Origin: an uncultured bacterium
GTDB lineage: Bacteria; Hydrogenedentota; Hydrogenedentia; Hydrogenedentales; JAEUWI01
Reading direction: 5' to 3'
DNA: 17,900 nucleotides
Assembly (NCBI GenBank): GCA_963977445.1
Contig: CAXBPH010000135.1
Span: forward strand, 1-17,900
The translations under genes and the position numbers were made by a program. The notes beneath the pieces are model-generated. The model saw nothing but the letters and a program-made list of their open reading frames with translations. It had not been told where the DNA came from and ran no database searches. This document shows positions 16,042 to 17,900 of this stretch, piece by piece. How positions within the stretch are numbered: position 1 is the stretch's first letter; each line of letters starts with the position of its first letter.

Positions 16042-16812
16042 TTAGTGTTCGCGGGGATCGCCCGACAGATAGTGGCCCGTCGCTTGTTTCAGGGCGGTGG
16101 AGGTGCTGGCGCCGGGAATGCCATCAACGGTCAACTCGGTACCAGGAAGTACATTTAGAAATCGCTGCAGCGCCTCAACATGGGGCGCTGCTTTTTTCTG
16201 GTAACGAATCAACGGCGCAACCGACCCTATTGTTGAAACCACGCCCTCCGATAGCAGGCAACGCAGAAGTGCCGCCGCGCCACATTGTTTGGACTGGGCC
16301 GTGGGGGAAAACTGGCCATCGTGGGTGTATTTTCCCCGTTCATAGTGGTTGGTATAGCTCCAGAGATAAGGAGACAAGACCGTGGGATGATGGGTGCGGT
16401 AGCCCCAGCCGTTGTAGCCCTCCAATTGAAAGAGGGTTCCCGCTATAGACCAGTCGGTCCATTCATGCAGTCCTCGTAATTTGAGGGCATCGATTGCGCT
16501 TTCTTCCCAGAGGAAGGGCGGGGTTCCCTGGCGGGGTCGGCCACGGGGGACGTGCGCCGTTCGGGCATTCAAGGGGTCCCCATTGTGCAGATGTCCTTGC
16601 AGAGAAAGTGGCGGCGAAGATTCCATGGCATGGATGAGTGCGACGACGTGCCAGGGGATGGTGAGTGCCTGTTCTATGGCGCGGTAATGGGATTTGTTTC
16701 GAAGGATGTGCTGGCCAAGTTCGGCAACCTGAGGTCGCATGGAAAGACGGATTTCGCAGGTGTCGAACAGGTGCTGATATTCAGCGCGAAGGGATGAAAT
16801 GGTAGGCGGCAT
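16042..16812 (-). CDS. Lysozyme-family protein (COG5526-like) with C-terminal peptidoglycan-binding domain
   Basis: IPWHVVALIHAMES, HLHNGDPLNARTAHVPRGRP, WEESAIDAL, LEGYNGWGY, SPYLWS and GKYTHDG, followed by the PG_binding_1-like VEALQRFLN...LTVDGIPGASTSTAL. ATG at 16812 has a CAGGAG RBS. Confidence 0.85.
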   Translation of the reverse strand: MPPTISSLRAEYQHLFDTCEIRLSMRPQVAELGQHILRNKSHYRAIEQALTIPWHVVALIHAMESSPPLSLQGHLHNGDPLNARTAHVPRGRPRQGTPPFLWEESAIDALKLRGLHEWTDWSIAGTLFQLEGYNGWGYRTHHPTVLSPYLWSYTNHYERGKYTHDGQFSPTAQSKQCGAAALLRCLLSEGVVSTIGSVAPLIRYQKKAAPHVEALQRFLNVLPGTELTVDGIPGASTSTALKQATGHYLSGDPREH

Positions 16813-16909
16813 GGCGGGCTCCTGCAGGGTGGACACGGGACACACGGTGAAAACTTACACCGTGTTAATTAGTCCGCGCCGTTGCAGTTTTGCCTGTGCG
16901 TCGGGGGGG

Positions 16910-17386
16910 TTAACCCAGTTGGGTGGTTTCACCCTGGGATTTTATCGTCACATTACCGGTGGCGATGTCGAGCTGGAGCGTGCGCGGGTTGGTGCCTCCC
17001 ACATCTTCCGCATGGACGAAGAGTCCATTTTTCCACAGGACTTTTCGCGCGATGGTGTAATTGCGGTGTCCGATATCGTGGGTAATCTCTTTGACGGGAT
17101 TCGCGCAGCCAGCGATGGTGACGATGAGGCGGTCTTTGCGCGCACCACTATTCAACATCAGTTGCAGGAGGGCTACGGTGCCCTGATCGGCGCACATGGC
17201 AGGTCCACCCGCCATTTCGGGCCGTGCATGCCGCGCGATAGGAACCTTGGAATGAATCAGGCCACCCATGTGCAATACCGGATCGTATATAAGCAAGCCC
17301 AGGCAGGAGCCCAACGCATAGGTGATGAGCGAATCTTCCGGATTAGAAGAAACGACCAGCCCTCCAATTTCCACCCGACGCAACAC
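16910..17386 (-). CDS. cheD: Chemoreceptor glutamine deamidase CheD
   Basis: LITYALGSCLG (catalytic Cys), YDP...GGLIH (catalytic His), ADQG, IAGCA, DIGHRN and AEDVGGTNPRTLQLDIATG. Confidence 0.9.
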   Translation of the reverse strand: MLRRVEIGGLVVSSNPEDSLITYALGSCLGLLIYDPVLHMGGLIHSKVPIARHARPEMAGGPAMCADQGTVALLQLMLNSGARKDRLIVTIAGCANPVKEITHDIGHRNYTIARKVLWKNGLFVHAEDVGGTNPRTLQLDIATGNVTIKSQGETTQLG

Positions 17387-17588
17387 GAGTTAACCCCCCA
17401 AAGCGCAACGGATGTGCGCCGTTGGTACCACCGTTGGCGACGATGTCGCGATCCAATTGTTTTGAGGCAGAACGTTAAGGTTCGACCTTATTTACAAATA
17501 TACTACCAGATCCCCACAATCGCCACCCAACTCGCTACGCCCTGGATCATGGCCAGTGAATGCCGCTATGACCAGGCTGTCCGGTGAT

Positions 17589-17621
17589 AAAAAAAATCGC
17601 CGTAGCAAGGGGCTACGGCGA
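17589..17621 (-). terminator. Rho-independent terminator
   Basis: On the minus strand: TCGCCGTAGC-CCCTT-GCTACGGCGA, a perfect 10-bp stem, followed immediately by 8 T (plus-strand A-run 17589-17596). Confidence 0.85.
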
Positions 17622-17715
17622 AATAAATTGGCGGATACGAAATTGTTTTGTTCATGTGCAATTAATGGGTGCCAACAAAGACTCACTCCGCCAACACAAA
17701 CTGGACCCACCAATC

Positions 17716-17900
17716 GTGCCGCGCGATCCGGTATTTCCGGTTCGTGCGCGGATTGGGAGATACGACTACATCTTTACATCAAGGCCAAGGCCAAACACAA
17801 GGCTCTATTCCAAATGACTTCTTGAAGACTTCCCCCAACGACACAGGCCCCAATGACGTCCCACAGCCCCTTCGCACGAACTGGAGTACCAGATCGCGCG
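17716..17900. repeat. REP doublet in inverted orientation, family C, site 2 (right arm cut by window end)
   Basis: 17720-17748 reads CGCGCGATCCGGTATTTCCGGTTCGTGCG. The reverse complement of 17873-17900 reads CGCGCGATCTGGTACTCCAGTTCGTGCG. Confidence 0.8.

Noticed and set aside
17657..17675. Sigma54-like TTGGCAC...TTGCA on the minus strand upstream of cheD
   Set aside because: GG-to-GC spacing is 12 nt, not the required 10, and a terminator follows shortly after.
17628..17694. Possible tRNA or integron attC site
   Set aside because: No T-loop (TTCRA), D-arm or cloverleaf, and the ends are in the opposite order to RYYYAAC...GTTRRRY.

Overview
GC-rich bacterial chromosomal window with 16 plausible protein-coding genes. 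I see no rRNA, tRNA, CRISPR array, transposase or phage structural gene. In order: the 3' end of an FAD-dependent oxidoreductase (SLH-like, Ca-binding and carbohydrate-binding modules), an Asp-tailed membrane protein, a secreted DUF1080 protein, a fusion of a circularly permuted TrxR/YpdA-type flavoprotein with a NapH/NosR-like membrane polyferredoxin, a DUF547 protein, a PQQ-like beta-propeller, a minus-strand proA-nadD-yqeK-methyltransferase operon, a CBM6 / aldo-keto reductase / Gfo-Idh-MocA cluster, a purple-acid-phosphatase-type metallophosphoesterase, a lysozyme-like protein with a peptidoglycan-binding domain, and an orphan cheD. The intergenic DNA holds three different REP/REPIN-like palindromic repeat families, one showing a compensatory base-pair change. 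Upstream of cheD there is a minus-strand structured element with mutually exclusive anti-terminator and terminator pairings. The best leads are the flavoprotein-polyferredoxin + DUF547 pair (a candidate trans-membrane redox system) and this candidate RNA switch. All family calls come from motif recognition by eye, with no database search.
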